A DNA stretch of 60,000 nucleotides from Malacoraja senta (Eukaryota), in the NCBI GenBank assembly GCA_038087875.1, contig CM075990.1, forward strand, positions 12,526,001 to 12,586,000. Direction: 5' to 3'. Shown one piece after another: positions 25,018 to 37,974 of this stretch. Under the pieces are notes generated by a model that was given only the letters and a program-made list of their open reading frames with translations, was not told the origin of the DNA and made no database searches. The stretch's first letter is position 1. Every line of letters begins with the position of its first letter. The translations under genes were made by a program, and so were the position numbers.

Positions 25018-27266
25018 GTGAGTAGTAAGCATCAACATTCACACAGATGGATCGCAAATGAGGTCAGAACTCAGACAAGTGTTATTTAGTCAAATTTGAA
25101 GGCACCTATTGTCATGGATGAATTAACAGGAGGGGCACGCTGGTGCAGCGGTAGAGTTGCTGCCTTACAGCGCCAGAGACCCGGGTTGGATCCAGGCTAC
25201 ATGCGCTGTCTGTACAGGGTTTTACCTTCTCCCCATGACCCACATGGGTTTACTCCGAGAACTTTGGTTTCCTCCCACACTCCAAAGAAGTACAGGCTTG
25301 TAGGTTAATTATATATAAAAATTGTCCCTAGTGTAGGATATTGTTCTTATCGAATCCACATCATAAGATTAGAAATTGTTCAGGCCAGAGCTGAACACAC
25401 TTCTCCACATCCGCATACAATGGCGTCTTGCGCTTCATGTGCTTCTTGTGCATAGTGGTGGAAAGATTGGCGGAAACAGGGCCCTGACGTGAACCTTGAC
25501 CCCAGGATGTTGTTAATGTGCAAGGATCGCGGACTCAGTGGGCCAAAGGGCCTGTTACCACGCTGTACCTCCAAACTAAACTAAACTAAACACAAATAGT
25601 CATGTAAGTGGGCCTGACCAAATATCATTGCGGAAACAAGGCTGCAGGCTGGTCAAAATATGGAAGTAAATATTCAATATTCAGGAAGGACACCCAAAAA
25701 GGGAAAGGAGATGGAGTATCACTATTAATAAATAATGGCATCATTAAATAATTTGGGAAGGATTTAGGTCTGGCAGATGGTGGTGATATGGAATTAGAAT
25801 AGTTTCAGGTAGAACAAAGCAGTGGCAAGGGTAGAAAATAGTGTTGAGAGTTGGCTATAGACGTCTGAATAGTGTCTGTATCGTAAGTACAAGAGAGGAA
25901 ATGAGAAGTGTACGTAAAACTTTGCAACACAGTAGTCATGGTCGACTTCAAATTAAAATTTAAAAAACTGCAGTAGCTGGCTTTCTGAAATAAAAACTGA
26001 AAATGCAGGAAAATGTGAGCGCTTGTGGAAAGGGAAAAAGTTAATATTTCAGGTCAAAGACCCATCAGCCGAACTCAGCTGAAAGGTCTTCAACTTCAAA
26101 CATTAATGGTGTCGACTTGACCTACATAGAGACTGTGTATTTCTAATTAATGCAATAAATGCAGAGGATGAATTCCTGGAATGCATAAGAGGTAGATTTC
26201 TAGTTCAATAAACTGAACTTCCTGGGGAGATTGTAGATCTAGTAAAATGCAATGAGAAGGCGTTAATTAATAAATTAGGGTGGCACAGTGGCACAGCGGT
26301 AGAGTTGCTGCCTGACAGCGCTTTCAGCGCCAGAGACCCGGGTTTATTCCCGACGAAGGGTGCTGTCTGTACGGAGTTTGTAAGTTCTTCCCGTGACCGC
26401 GTGGGTTTTCTCCGAGACCTTCGGTTTCCTCCCACACTACAAGGACGTACAGGTTTGCAGGTTAATTAGCTTTCCATAAATGTAAGTTGTCTTCAGTGTG
26501 TGTTTTTAGATATTTTTCTTGAAAATAAGGGGTAGACGATTATGGGTTGATGGGAGAAATATCTTCAGTCAGAGGGTAGACAAAAATGCTGGAGAAACTC
26601 AGCGGGTGAGGCAGCATCTATGGAGCGAAGGAAATAGGCAACGTTTCTGGTCGAGAACCTTTGTATTTCTCGACCCTGAGGGCAGTGGAGGCTGAAACGG
26701 TGATTGCATTCAAAACTAACGTCAATTAATTTCTGGATTTTGAAATAGGAAATATGGGGATGCGGCAGGAAACAGAGATAGACAATAGGTACAGGAAGAG
26801 GCCAGTCGGCCCTTTGAGCCAGCACCGCCATTCAATGTGATCATGGCTGATCATCCCCAATCAGTACCCCGTTGCTTCCTTCTCCCCATATCCCCTGACT
26901 CCGCTATCTAAGCCCTATCTAGCTCTCTCTTGAAAGTATCCAGAGAACCGGCTTCCACCGCCCGCTGAGGCAGAGAAAGTCAACTATCATCTTATTGAAT
27001 GGCGGCGCAGAGTCAAGGTCCAAATAACCTACGACTTATGTTAAAGATCAGCCCCCTATTCTGACATATATATTTCTTCCATTAAGGATAACATTTTTGG
27101 GTCTTTGTAATTATGTCGCCATTGTACTAAACATTGGAAGCATGTCGCAAGCATTTCCCGATAGAGATGCTGGCATGTCCATTCTTCTGTTGCATTTAGG
27201 ATGTAAATAAAAGTTTTATCTGTGTGTCCGTTGAATAAATGAAGTTATATCGTTCTGTTGCTCCAG

Positions 27267-27386
27267 GGTGAAATCAAGGCAGTGAAAGAATTGGACTATG
27301 AGTTGTGCCATGGCCGATACACACTCATTGTTACGGCAACTGACCAGAGTCCAAAGCCTGCACACCGCCTGACCACCACCACCACA
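27267..27386 (+). CDS. CDH23: Cadherin-23 coding exon (~exon 40), 120 nt, phase 0/0
   Basis: ctccag|GGT...ACA|gtaagt. Translation GEIKAVKELDYELCHGRYTLIVTATDQSPKPAHRLTTTTT matches recalled CDH23 KELDYE..HGRYTLIVTATDQ. Not in the ORF track. Confidence 0.96.
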
Positions 27387-27688
27387 GTAAGTGCTTCGGA
27401 GTGAAGGAGACGGCCGATATGCAGTTTGTACCAAGTAAATACTTTGATACAAGACACAGTGGGACTTTATAGGACCGCATTTAGAGTATTGTATGCAGTT
27501 CTGGTCACCCCATTACCAGGAAGGTTGTGCAGAGTTTGGAGATGGTGCAGAGGAGGTCGACCAGGATGATGCCTGGACTTGGGGGGATTAGCTTCAGGGA
27601 GAGTTTGGACAGACTAGGATTGCTTTCTCTGGAATGCCAAGAGGTTGCTAGAAGACCTAATAAATGTATCTAAAACTATGAGAGGCAT

Positions 27689-29115
27689 TTATTTATTTAG
27701 CGAATGCAAAGTCCTTTAGCCAAGCAGTTGCCTCTTGATCTGCTGTATGAAGGGTGACAAGTCCTCCTTTAAGTCTTTTTTGAGGGCATGCTTCAATGAT
27801 GTGTTGCATTGTTTGCTGCTCTCCACAAGCACACCGTGGGGTTGGGCTGCTGCCCCATTTGTGAAGGCTGGCCAAGCAGGAGCCATGTCCAGTCCTGAAT
27901 CTATTCAGCGTCGTCCACTGCTTCCTTGGGAGATTGGTGCCAGGGACCGGTAGGGTTGGGTCTGACACCAGATGTTTATTTGGGACGTCCTTGGACTCCC
28001 ATTCCTTTTTCCAAGCTGATTGGGTGGTGAAATCAGCTGGTGGTGGGTTCTTCCAAATTGGTCGTCTAGATGGAAGTCGAGCAGTGGGTGGGTTGAAGAT
28101 GTCCATGTGAATTGGCCAACAAGCTTACTGAGGAGATTGTTTCTGGACTTCACCTTAGCTGCTGTTCTTTTGAGATGTTCCTTGAAGGATAGGGTCCTGT
28201 CAAGGGTCACTCCGAGGTAGGTTGGAGTGGGGGCATACTTCAGTTTGGTCCTGCTCAGATAGATGTTTGGTTCTCTTGTGGCTTCTGCATTATGGAGGTG
28301 GAACACACTGGAGACCGTTTTTTCTGGGCTTGGTTTTAGGCGCCAGGTTTTGCAGTACTCGTCTAGTTTAGCAAGGTCTTCATTGAGCACCTGTTCCAAT
28401 GTACCAAAATCTGGTGCTTGGAAGGCCAAACAGGTGTCATCTGCATAGATGAATTTGCGGGATTTGGTGGTGGGTAGGTCATTTATGTAAAGGTTGAACA
28501 AGGTTGGGGCTTAAACTGACCCTTGCGGGAGCCCATTCTTCTGTGTTCTCCATGCACTCCTGTTCTGTCCAAGGTGAACTCTGAACCTGCGGTTGGAGAG
28601 TAGAGATTTGATGGTTTCTGATGCCCAGGCAGGGAGTGCTTTGGTGAGTTTTAGGAGGGGGCCTTTGTGCCACACAGTGTCATAGGCTGCGGTGAGATCA
28701 AGGAACACTGCCCCGGTCTTCACTTTGTTCTCGAAGCCGTTTTCAATGCAGGTGGTTAGGGCCAGAACTTGTTCTCCTGTACTGCGGTGCTTGTGGAAAC
28801 CTGCCTGGTCCACACTGAGAATCTCTTCTACTCCTGGAGATATACGTTGTAGTATAAGGCGTTCTAAGATTTTGAGTGGGACGCAGAGTAGAGAGATTGG
28901 GCGGTAGCTTGCTGGTAGTTTTTCGTCTTTGCCAGGTTTTGGTATAGCAATGACTTTTGCTGTCCGCCATATCTTTGGGATGGAGTTAGTCTGTATGGCC
29001 CTAGTGTAGAGTTGGGTCAGCCAGGTTAGAGCTCGGGGGCCCAGGTGTTTCATGAACTCTGGAGAGATGTTATCATAACCTGCTGCCTTTCCACATTTCA
29101 GGCCCTGCAGGACCT
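27689..29115 (-). mobile_element. Ingi/Vingi-like (I group) LINE, 5'-truncated and internally deleted
   Basis: KAAGYD, YRPISLL, QAGF, AVFLDLTAAYDTVWH, NGLPQGSV*AP, FIYADD; C-terminal CACGEQQTMQHIIEACP; no RNase H seen; (TAAA)n tail; 12-bp TSD TATGAGAGGCAT at 27677-27688 and 29116-29127, inside a CR1 fragment. Confidence 0.8.
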
Positions 29116-29625
29116 TATGAGAGGCATAAATAGGGTAGACACTCAGAACCTTTTTCCCAGGACGAAAAAAGTCAATTACTAGAGGGCAGAGCTTCAAGGT
29201 GAGAGAGTCAAAGTTGAAAGGAGACGTGCGGGGCAGAGAGTGGTGAGTGCCTGGAACGCACTGCCTGGGCTGGTGGTTGAGACAGATACAATAGTGGCAT
29301 TTAAGACACTTTTGGATAGGCATGCGGATATGCAGAGAATAGAGGGATATGGATTTTGGGCAGGCAGATAAGAATTGGTTTAGGCATCATGTTCGGCACA
29401 GACATTGCTGGCTGAAAGATCTGTTCTTGTGCTGTACTTTTCTATGTGTAGGATAGAACTGCAGACGCTGGTTTTAATCGAAGGTAGACACAAATTGCTG
29501 GAGTAACTCAGCGGGGCAGGCGGCATCTCTGTAGAGAAGGAATGGGTGATGTTTCGGGTCAAGTCCATTCTTCAGACTGCTTCAGATTGCAGACTATAGC
29601 TATGTGATATCAAATTGATGTGAGT

Positions 29626-29860
29626 GAGGTCTTCAGCCTGTGCCCCCAGAACTCACTGATTCAGGTTTAGTTTAGAGATACAGTGTGGAAACAGGCCCAG
29701 TCTGAAGAAGGGTCTCGACCCGAAACGTCACCCATTCCTTCTCTCCAGAGATGCTGCCTGTCCCGCTGAGTTACTCCAGCTTTTTGTGTCTGTCTTCTGT
29801 AATTTTCTGTGTTCCACAGCTCTTGGAGATTCTCAGTACATCCTACGTTATTGTGGATAG
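29626..29860 (+). repeat. Left copy of the 235-bp direct duplication flanking the L1
   Basis: Aligns without gaps to 35115-35349, about 8 substitutions counted by eye. Confidence 0.93.
29702..29729 (+). ncRNA. Minimal hammerhead motif, second pLTR subfamily (representative copy)
   Basis: CTGAAGA-A-GGGT(CTCG)ACCC-GAAA-C-GTC with canonical GUC triplet. Identical copies at ~35191 (+), 18239-18266 (-) and ~37751-37778 (-). Confidence 0.6.
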
Positions 29861-32800
29861 ATTTTTTTTTTAAATTTTTTTTTAATATTTTATTTATTTG
29901 CAGTAAGTACATTACATTTTGATGGTACCTTTTTACAGGTTCCCAGAATTATTAAAACATTTTATGTACAACTTCTTTTTTTTTTTTTTTTTAGAAAGAA
30001 ATGAGAAAGAAAGAAGTAGTGAAGAGTAAAGAAAAGTCTAGTGAGTGTGAGGTAAAGAAAAGAAATAAGTAAGAAAGTGAAGCAGAAAGGAGATTCTCCC
30101 TCGCCACAAGTCCATGCTTTTTTATGTTCTTAATCATTTTTCGCCCAAACCCAGAATTTTTTAATTTTACAATACTATTGCACCACATGAATCCACAAGG
30201 TCAATAAATGGAGACCAACTCGTTAAGAATTGGTCTTGTTTATCTATTAGGAGGAGTCTCATTTCTTCCAAGTGGGCAGTTTCCAACATATTACCAATCC
30301 ACATTTTGAGTGTTGGTATAGTAGCATTTTTCCAAAATTTAAGTATGTTTTTTTGCTGTTATTAAACCATAATTAAAAATTGAAATTTGGGATATATTTA
30401 ATTTGTTTCCATCTCCTATTACTCCGAAGATAATCATTTCCATATTAGGTTCCATTTTTATCTTAAATAAACTAGTAAATATATCAAATATATCACACCA
30501 AAATCCATGAAGTTTTGTGCAAGAAACGAAAGAATGTGTGATATTGGCATTTTGAGAAAGACATTTATCACAGATGGGAGAAATATTTGAATACAATTTA
30601 TTCAACCTAACTTTTGAATAATATAATCTATGTAATATTTTAAATTGAATTAAATTATGTCTAGCGTTAATCGAACATTTATGTATATATATCAAATACC
30701 TCTCCCATGTTTCTTTAGAAATTTTTGCCATTAATTCTTTTTCCCAGTCTTCTCTAATTGCCTCTGTTGATGGCAATTCTCTATTAAGAATACTATTATA
30801 TAAATATGATATTAATTTTTGTGAGTCTGCCTTAATATTCATTGCTTCTTCCAGTGGGTCTATCATTATGCTCTGTAGTCTTGGTATATATTTTTTTATA
30901 AAGTCACATATCTGTAAATATTTAAAGTATTGGTTATTATTCAGATTAAATTTTGATTTTAATTGTTGAAATGATAATAAATTTCCCATTTATACATGAC
31001 ACCCACCTTTTTAATTCCCAATCTTTCCCATTGTCTATATGTTTTATCCATAAAAGATGGTTTAAATACCGGATTATTCACTATTGGTGTTAATGATGAT
31101 AAGTTCCTTAATTTTAAAGTTAATTTTATTTGTTTCCAAATTCGAATTATATTATGTATAATTGGATTCTTCTTATATAATGTATTATTCAATTTTATCG
31201 GGGAAAAGAGGCTCGCTCCTAAATCGTACGGAAAACAATCCTCTTTCTCCATTCTTATCCATTCCATCTGTTGAGAAGGGCAGTCCAACCAATAAATGAT
31301 ATTCTTAATATGCACTGCCCAATAATAATATAAAAAATATTAAATATTAAACTTGCAGTGCAAGTCCCCCTACATCTTTAGGTTTACACAGATGATTTCT
31401 TTTAATTCTATGTGCTTTGTAGTCCCAAATAAAATTAGTAATATTAGAGTCTAGTTTTTTAAAGAAATATTTTGGTATATATATTGGTGTGGATTGAAAT
31501 AAATATATTATTTGTGGTAGAACTATCATTTTTATAGCATTTATTCTGCCAATTAATGATAGTGGGAGCGATTTCCAAAATTTAATCAGAGCATTCAATT
31601 TATTTAATAAAGGACTAAAATTAGCATTAAATAATGATTTATATCTTCTAGTAACTTGAATACCTAAATATTTAAATTTTTCCGTTGCAATTTTAAATGG
31701 AAATTTTAATAGATGATTCGCTTTCTGGGGCTGTAATGACATAATTTCACTTTTATTCCAATTTATTCTATATCCAGAAAAAGAGTCAAATTCCTCTATT
31801 ACGTTTAGTAAATTCGGGAGACTCGTTTCTGAATTTCTAATATATAAAAGTATATCATCAGCATATAATGAAATTGTATTATTAGAGTCCTTATTATTAT
31901 ATCCCTGAATATTCGGATGTGTTCTTATCCTTTCAGCCAAAGGCTCTATCATAAGGGCAAATAGCAGGGGTGATAAAACACATCCCTGCCTATTGCCTCG
32001 TGATAATTGGAATTTTGGAGACAACATATTATTAGTTAATATTCTTGCCATTGGTTTATCATATAATAATTTCACCCATCTAATAAAATTATCTCCCATA
32101 TTAAATTTTTGGAGTACTAAATATAAATACTGCCACTCTACCTGATCAAATGCTTTCTCTGCATCCAAAGATATAACTGATAAGTCTTCCTTTTCCACTT
32201 TATGTGAATACATTATGTTAAAAAGTCGTCTCAAATTATTAAATGATTGTCTTTTATGTATAAACCCCGTTTGGTCCGGGTTTATCAATCTATTAATATA
32301 TTTACTCAATCTTCTTGCTAAAATCTTTGCTAAAAAATTTTGATCTGTATTTAAAAGTGATATAGCTCTATACGAGCCCGGATCTTCTAGATCTTTATCT
32401 TTTTTTGGTATAAGCGTAATTGTAGATTCTGCTAAAGTTTCTGGTAATTTATTTTTGGTAAAAGCATAAGTATATAATTTAAGTAATCGTGGGACCATTA
32501 ACTCCTGAAATCTTTTATAGAATTCATTATCAAAACCATCGGGCCCTGGTGTCTTCCCGTTTTTCAGTTCTTTTATTGTTTCTCTTATTTCTTCACTTGT
32601 GATCTGAGCTCCTAATTCCTTTTGTTCTAAAATATCCAATTTTTGCAAATTACAATTATCTAAAACATTTATAATTTTATTGTCTTCTATTTTAGTTTTA
32701 GATGTATATAAATTTTGATAAAATTGAGCGAACCTTTTATTAATATCCTTAGGTAAAGTTAATAGTTCCCCGTTCTCTGATTTGATTTTAATAATTGTTT

Positions 32801-35114
32801 TTTCCTTTTCTTGCTTCTTCAATTGTCGTGCTAGAAGTTTATGTGGTTTATCCCCAAATTCAAACTGTACTTGTTTTGTGATCTGAAATAATCTTATTAC
32901 TCTTGCCGATAATATTCGATTAAGTTTAAATTTCAATAATGTAATCTTATTATGTTTATCTATAGTTGGGTCTTTTGCGTTACCTAATTCTAATAATTTA
33001 ATTTCCTTTTCTAACGTCCATTGTTCTGTCCTGTTTTTTTTATTTAGAAAACTTTGATACGAAATTATAACTCCACGGATGAATGCCTTAAAAGATTCCC
33101 ATAATAGAGATGGTGAAATACCTGGTGTCTCGTTTGTCTCAAAAAAAAAATTCATTTGCTGTTTTAAATACTCGTAACCTTGTGAGTCATTAGCTATTTG
33201 TGTGTTAAATCTCCAAAAGGATTTTATACCTGGCATTCCCTCAAGTTTTAAAGTGATCGGAAATAATACTATTGTGGTATTTAGGATTAATCGTATATGG
33301 TATTAATTTTGTATCCACTAAGAAATAATCAATTCTTGAATAAGTTTTGTGTACTGATGAGTAAAACGAGTATTCCCTTCCAGTTGGATTAGCTATTCTC
33401 CATACATCTGTTATATTAGTGTTTTTTATATATGTGTTTTAAGAATTCACTAGACTTGGATTTGACACTACCCTTCCTTAATGTTATTGATTTGTCTAAA
33501 TATGAGTCTATAACACAGTTAAAGTCCCCCCCTAGTATTACATTTTGAAAATTATACTCATCTATTATATCCATAATTTTCTTTAAAAATTGCGGGTTAT
33601 CAAAATTTGGAGCATAAATATTTATCAGAGTCAGTGGTGTAGAATAAATTTCTCCCGCCACTATCGTGTACCTTCCTTCTTTATCAGATATACTGTTCTG
33701 TAATATAAATGGTATACCTTTCCGAATAATAATAGCCGTTCCTCTAGCTTTAGCAGTAAATGACGAGCAATAAGTTTGGCCTATCCAGTTTGCCCTTAGT
33801 CTCATCTGTGTTTGTAGTTTCGTATGCGTTTCTTGCAGAAAAGCTATGTCCACATTTAAAGATTTTAACTGGGCCATAATCTTGCCCCTTTTAATTGGAT
33901 CATTCGCACCCCTAATATTCCAACTACAGAATGTGAATCTTCCATTCTTTTTTTCCTTATTATCCTGCATTGTAAATAGGTTTTGGTAATTTTGCTTCAT
34001 GTGGTGTGGTTAAGTACCTCAGGCTTTTGGGTATGTGAGTATCATCCCATACTTCTGATGTCATTTTACCTCTCCTCCGTATATTGAACCTCCATAAGAA
34101 AAAGAGAAAAGTGTGTGGAGAAATAGTGAAGAAAGAAAGAAAAGTTGTTAGATAAACTACATAAAAGTAAATACAAAAAAAAAAAGTGAGTTTAAGGTAT
34201 CAAAAAGGTGATACCCTAAGTACAAGAAGCCATCTATGATGGCCAAAAATTTATTGACCTCCGTAGATGGAATTATACATTGAGTTCAGCCCCCTAAATA
34301 CAATGTCATTTATAACTACATGCCGTTTCATCTAAATATATCTTAATATATCTAAAAAAATAAAAATAAAAATAAAAATTTCATTAACAAAAAATTATCT
34401 GGTCAGGCCGAATAAAACAGAAAAAAAAGTTTCAACAATAGAAAGCTATCATCAATAGAAAGTTATCTTTACTCTTTCAAATATTCTCTTATTTACCCCG
34501 ATTTTAAACCTTCTATGTTACTTGCTCGGTATCACATAGTCGTAGAATTGTAAAACATAAAAACACATGCCCTGTGCCTGTATCCGAATATATTCATCTG
34601 TTCCTTAATTACCAGCCTGTTTCAAGGGGTAAATTTCTTATCTTAAATACAACCGACTTCGAGCCCAGACCTCTGGAACTTTTCCAAATCATTAACGCCT
34701 CTTTCTTCACACAGATTTATAATGTTATAATATTCTTATACCCCTTTTCATTAATTGTAGTGTGTTAGTGTACATCCTAAATTATATTTAATTTCTTTTC
34801 AGCCTTATTAACATTATATATCTGTTAATAATATCATCTTTATAGGCAGGCCCCTTATCCCCCAAAATCCATTAGATTAATACATTGGTTAATCATATTA
34901 ATATAATGGCTTAACCATTAATTAGTAATATTAAGTTTAAATAGTTAGTTAATTCTTTACATTACATATATACTATATTAATTAAAACATTTCTTAAGTC
35001 CATGACTTCCTTTGATTTTCTTTCAAATCTGATCGCGTTACTTCAAAATGTCTTCCTTTCAATTATTTCTCTTCCTTTTATCCGTTCAAGGTTGAAACCA
35101 GGGCTTGGACAAGG
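29861..35114 (-). mobile_element. L1-clade LINE, 5'-truncated: long AT-rich inter-ORF spacer, frameshifted ORF2 (APE endonuclease + RT), 3' UTR, poly(A)
   Basis: 33416-34000 SWNIRG..FLQETH..NIYAPN..GGDFN (endonuclease); 31347-33236 KTPGPDG, YRAISLLN, SLDAEKAFD, RQGCVLSPLLF, YADD; C-terminal CDKC..H..C; poly(T) on + at 29862 onward. Confidence 0.95.
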
Positions 35115-35349
35115 GAGGTCTTCAGCCTGTGCCCCCAGAACTCACTGATTCAGTTTTAGTTTAGAGATACAGTGTGGAAACAGGCCCTGTCTGAAGAAGG
35201 GTCTCGACCCGAAACGTCACCCATTCCTTCTCTCCAGAGATGCTGCCTGTCCCGCTGAGTTACTCCAGCATTTTGTGTTTGTCTTCTGTAATTTTCTGTG
35301 TTCCACAGCTCATGGAGATTCTCGGTACATCCTACCTTATTATGGATAG
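35115..35349 (+). repeat. Right copy of the 235-bp direct duplication flanking the L1
   Basis: GAGGTCTTCAGCCTGTGCC...TGGATAG; same ends as 29626-29860. Confidence 0.93.
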
Positions 35350-35611
35350 TTGACTCAGATGGTACAGAATAGATTTACAGATTAATTCCTGGGCTCCAAG
35401 GGTTAAATTGTGGATCCCAATGCTTAAATTAGGAGAGATTACACAAAAAAGATTAGGATGAATTTGGGCTGAATTCTCTAAAATTTGTTAGATCAAGAAG
35501 TGCAATTCTCAGATTGTTCCAGATTAAGAAGATACATAGAAATTATTTCCACTAGTTGGGCAGTAGAAATAGAGAATTTAAGACAGGCCTTTGAGCAATG
35601 TTATAATGTTA

Positions 35612-36147
35612 AGGGGCTGTCCCACTTGGGCGACCTAATTGGCGAGTTTAGAAGAGTTTGAAAAAATGACATGTTGAAGACCTCCTTCGACTATGTTGAA
35701 GACCAGCTTCGACTATGTTGAAGACTATCTACGACTAGCTACGGGAAAATTGGACACCGAATAGTGGAGAGTGAAGACAACCTCCTTCGATCTCCTTCGA
35801 CCTCCCTTCGACCTCCATTCGACTATGATGAAGACTATCTACGACTACCTTCGACTACCTTTGACTACCCTTGATTGCCTATGACTAACATGCCGACCTA
35901 CTATGACCTACTACGACTAAACCTACAAGTAATAAAAGTATCGATTTTTTCCATGGCGACCTTTTCTTACTCGCGGGCATTTTTTAACATATTGAAAAAA
36001 ACGCCGCGACCTAGCTGAGGCCTCGAGTACGCGGAGACCACTCTTGAGCATGAAGGAGAGTTACGAAGACCTCCTACGACCTTGTGTCGACCACGCTGCA
36101 AACCCGCCAGAACTCACGGATTAGGTCGCCCAATTGGGACAGGCCCT
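35612..36147. mobile_element. MITE / non-autonomous DNA transposon (Harbinger- or Kolobok-like)
   Basis: TIRs AGGGGCTGTCCCACTTGGGCGACCTAAT / ATTAGGTCGCCCAATTGGGACAGGCCCT; TTA/TCA flanks; interior of degenerate CTTCGAC/CTACGAC repeats. Confidence 0.8.
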
Positions 36148-37974
36148 TCAGGAAATACATCCATGTATAGGGTGGGAGAATTCTGGAAGCATTATCTACA
36201 AGTTACACTTGTTACCAGTCCATTGTAAAGTGTCCCAAATCCTAATGTCTTGTGTCCATGTCCAACCACAGCTGCTGCCTGGCCTGCTGAGTTCCTAGAG
36301 CTTTGTTTTCAGTGAAGATCAATGTATTTCGTTAATCAACCAGGTTAAGGGAAAAGGTCGGAGGGCGGGGGGAGGAATTGAAAACAGAAAATGAAGACAG
36401 GACACTGTTGAGCAATGGACACACTGAGTTGTACGACAGACTCAAGGGGCTGAATGGCTTCCTATTCGAGTGTACCTGCAACAGGGGCAAACACACTGTC
36501 CCGGCATTTTCACTGTTACTCGGCTATTCTGTTCCTTATCCCGGCATTATCACGGTTACTAAGCTATACCATTCCATATTTTTCATCAACTGTTCTTTTC
36601 TGTGGCCTGCTTTGGTGAGTTTGGTACTTCCATGCGAGATTGGGCAGGATTTACCATTGGTGAATGGGGACTTATAGACTCATTGCCTTATTATGCCGGG
36701 CAATATGATTACAGCTAACACCACCTGTGATGCAAGTTTGAAAATCAAGCACGCCCATGAATCTCTGACCCTTCTCCTGGTTTCTCACCACCATAAGATG
36801 CACAGTGGGGCAGGGGTTGAGAGACCTGACTACGGGTGCTGTCTGTACCGAGTTTGTACGCTCTCCCCGTGACCTGCATGGGTTTCTCCGAGACTTTTGT
36901 TTTCCTCCCACATTCCAAAGCCATACAGGTTTGTAGGTTAATTGGCTGGGTGTATGTGTAAATTGTCCCTAGTGTGTGTGGGATAGTGTTCATGTGCAGG
37001 AATAGTTGGTCGGTGCGGACCCGGTGGGCTGAAGGGCCTGTTTCCACGCTGTATCTCTAAACTAAAACTGAATCAGTGAGTTCTGGGGGAGGAGGCTGAG
37101 GATCTCACTCACATCCATTTGATATCACGTAGCTGTAGTCTGCATTATGTTGAAATTCAGCTGCTAAACCCCATCCTAATTGACCAAGGGTGAGCAGAGT
37201 GTTGGTACACCACAGAAGTATCTGCAAGTTCCTTTATGGTGCAACTTGCATAAAGAAATGATGGGAATTACTAAAGAAACAGAACATGATTTACTGGAGG
37301 TAAATCTCGTAATTGACTAATTCTGTACCTAGTTTGAACGTTCTCCCCGTGACCTGCGTGAGTTTTCTCCGAGAACTTCGGTTTCCTCCCACACTCCAAA
37401 GACGTACAGGTTTGTAGATTAATTGTCTTGGTATAAATGTAAAAATTGACCCTCGTGTAGGATAGTTAATGTGTGGGGATCACTGGTCAGTGCGGACTCA
37501 ATGAGCCAAAGGACCTGTTTCCGCACTGTATCTCTAAACTAAACTAAGCTGCAGCATTTAGGTACAACCTTGTATTGAGTTCAAAGGTACCTTACACATA
37601 TATGTAATATATACACTCTACCACTTGCTTTTATTAAATAAATAAATCGATGCAATCAATTCAATATCACTTCTGTAATTACCAAAGGTAGACAAAAGTG
37701 CTGGAGAAACTCAGCGGGTGAGGCAGCATCTATGGAGCGAAAGAATAGGTGACGTTTCGGGTCGAGACCCTTCTTCAGACCAAATTACCAATCAGTTAAC
37801 TATTTAAGTTAATATATAATTATAAATTGATTATGAATTTGCTGAGTCCTCTGTTTTCTTAAGTCTTTGAGTTTATTTTATTGTCACATGTACCGAGGTA
37901 CAGTGAAGAGGACGTTCTCAGTTCCACGTACCAGTGGAAACTGCAATTGACATCTTTGTATTGACATCTTTGTA

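Noticed and set aside
35680..35925. Short repeated units resembling a CRISPR-like or coding repeat array
   Set aside because: Units are degenerate, irregularly spaced, lack unique spacers and lie inside a MITE in a vertebrate genome.
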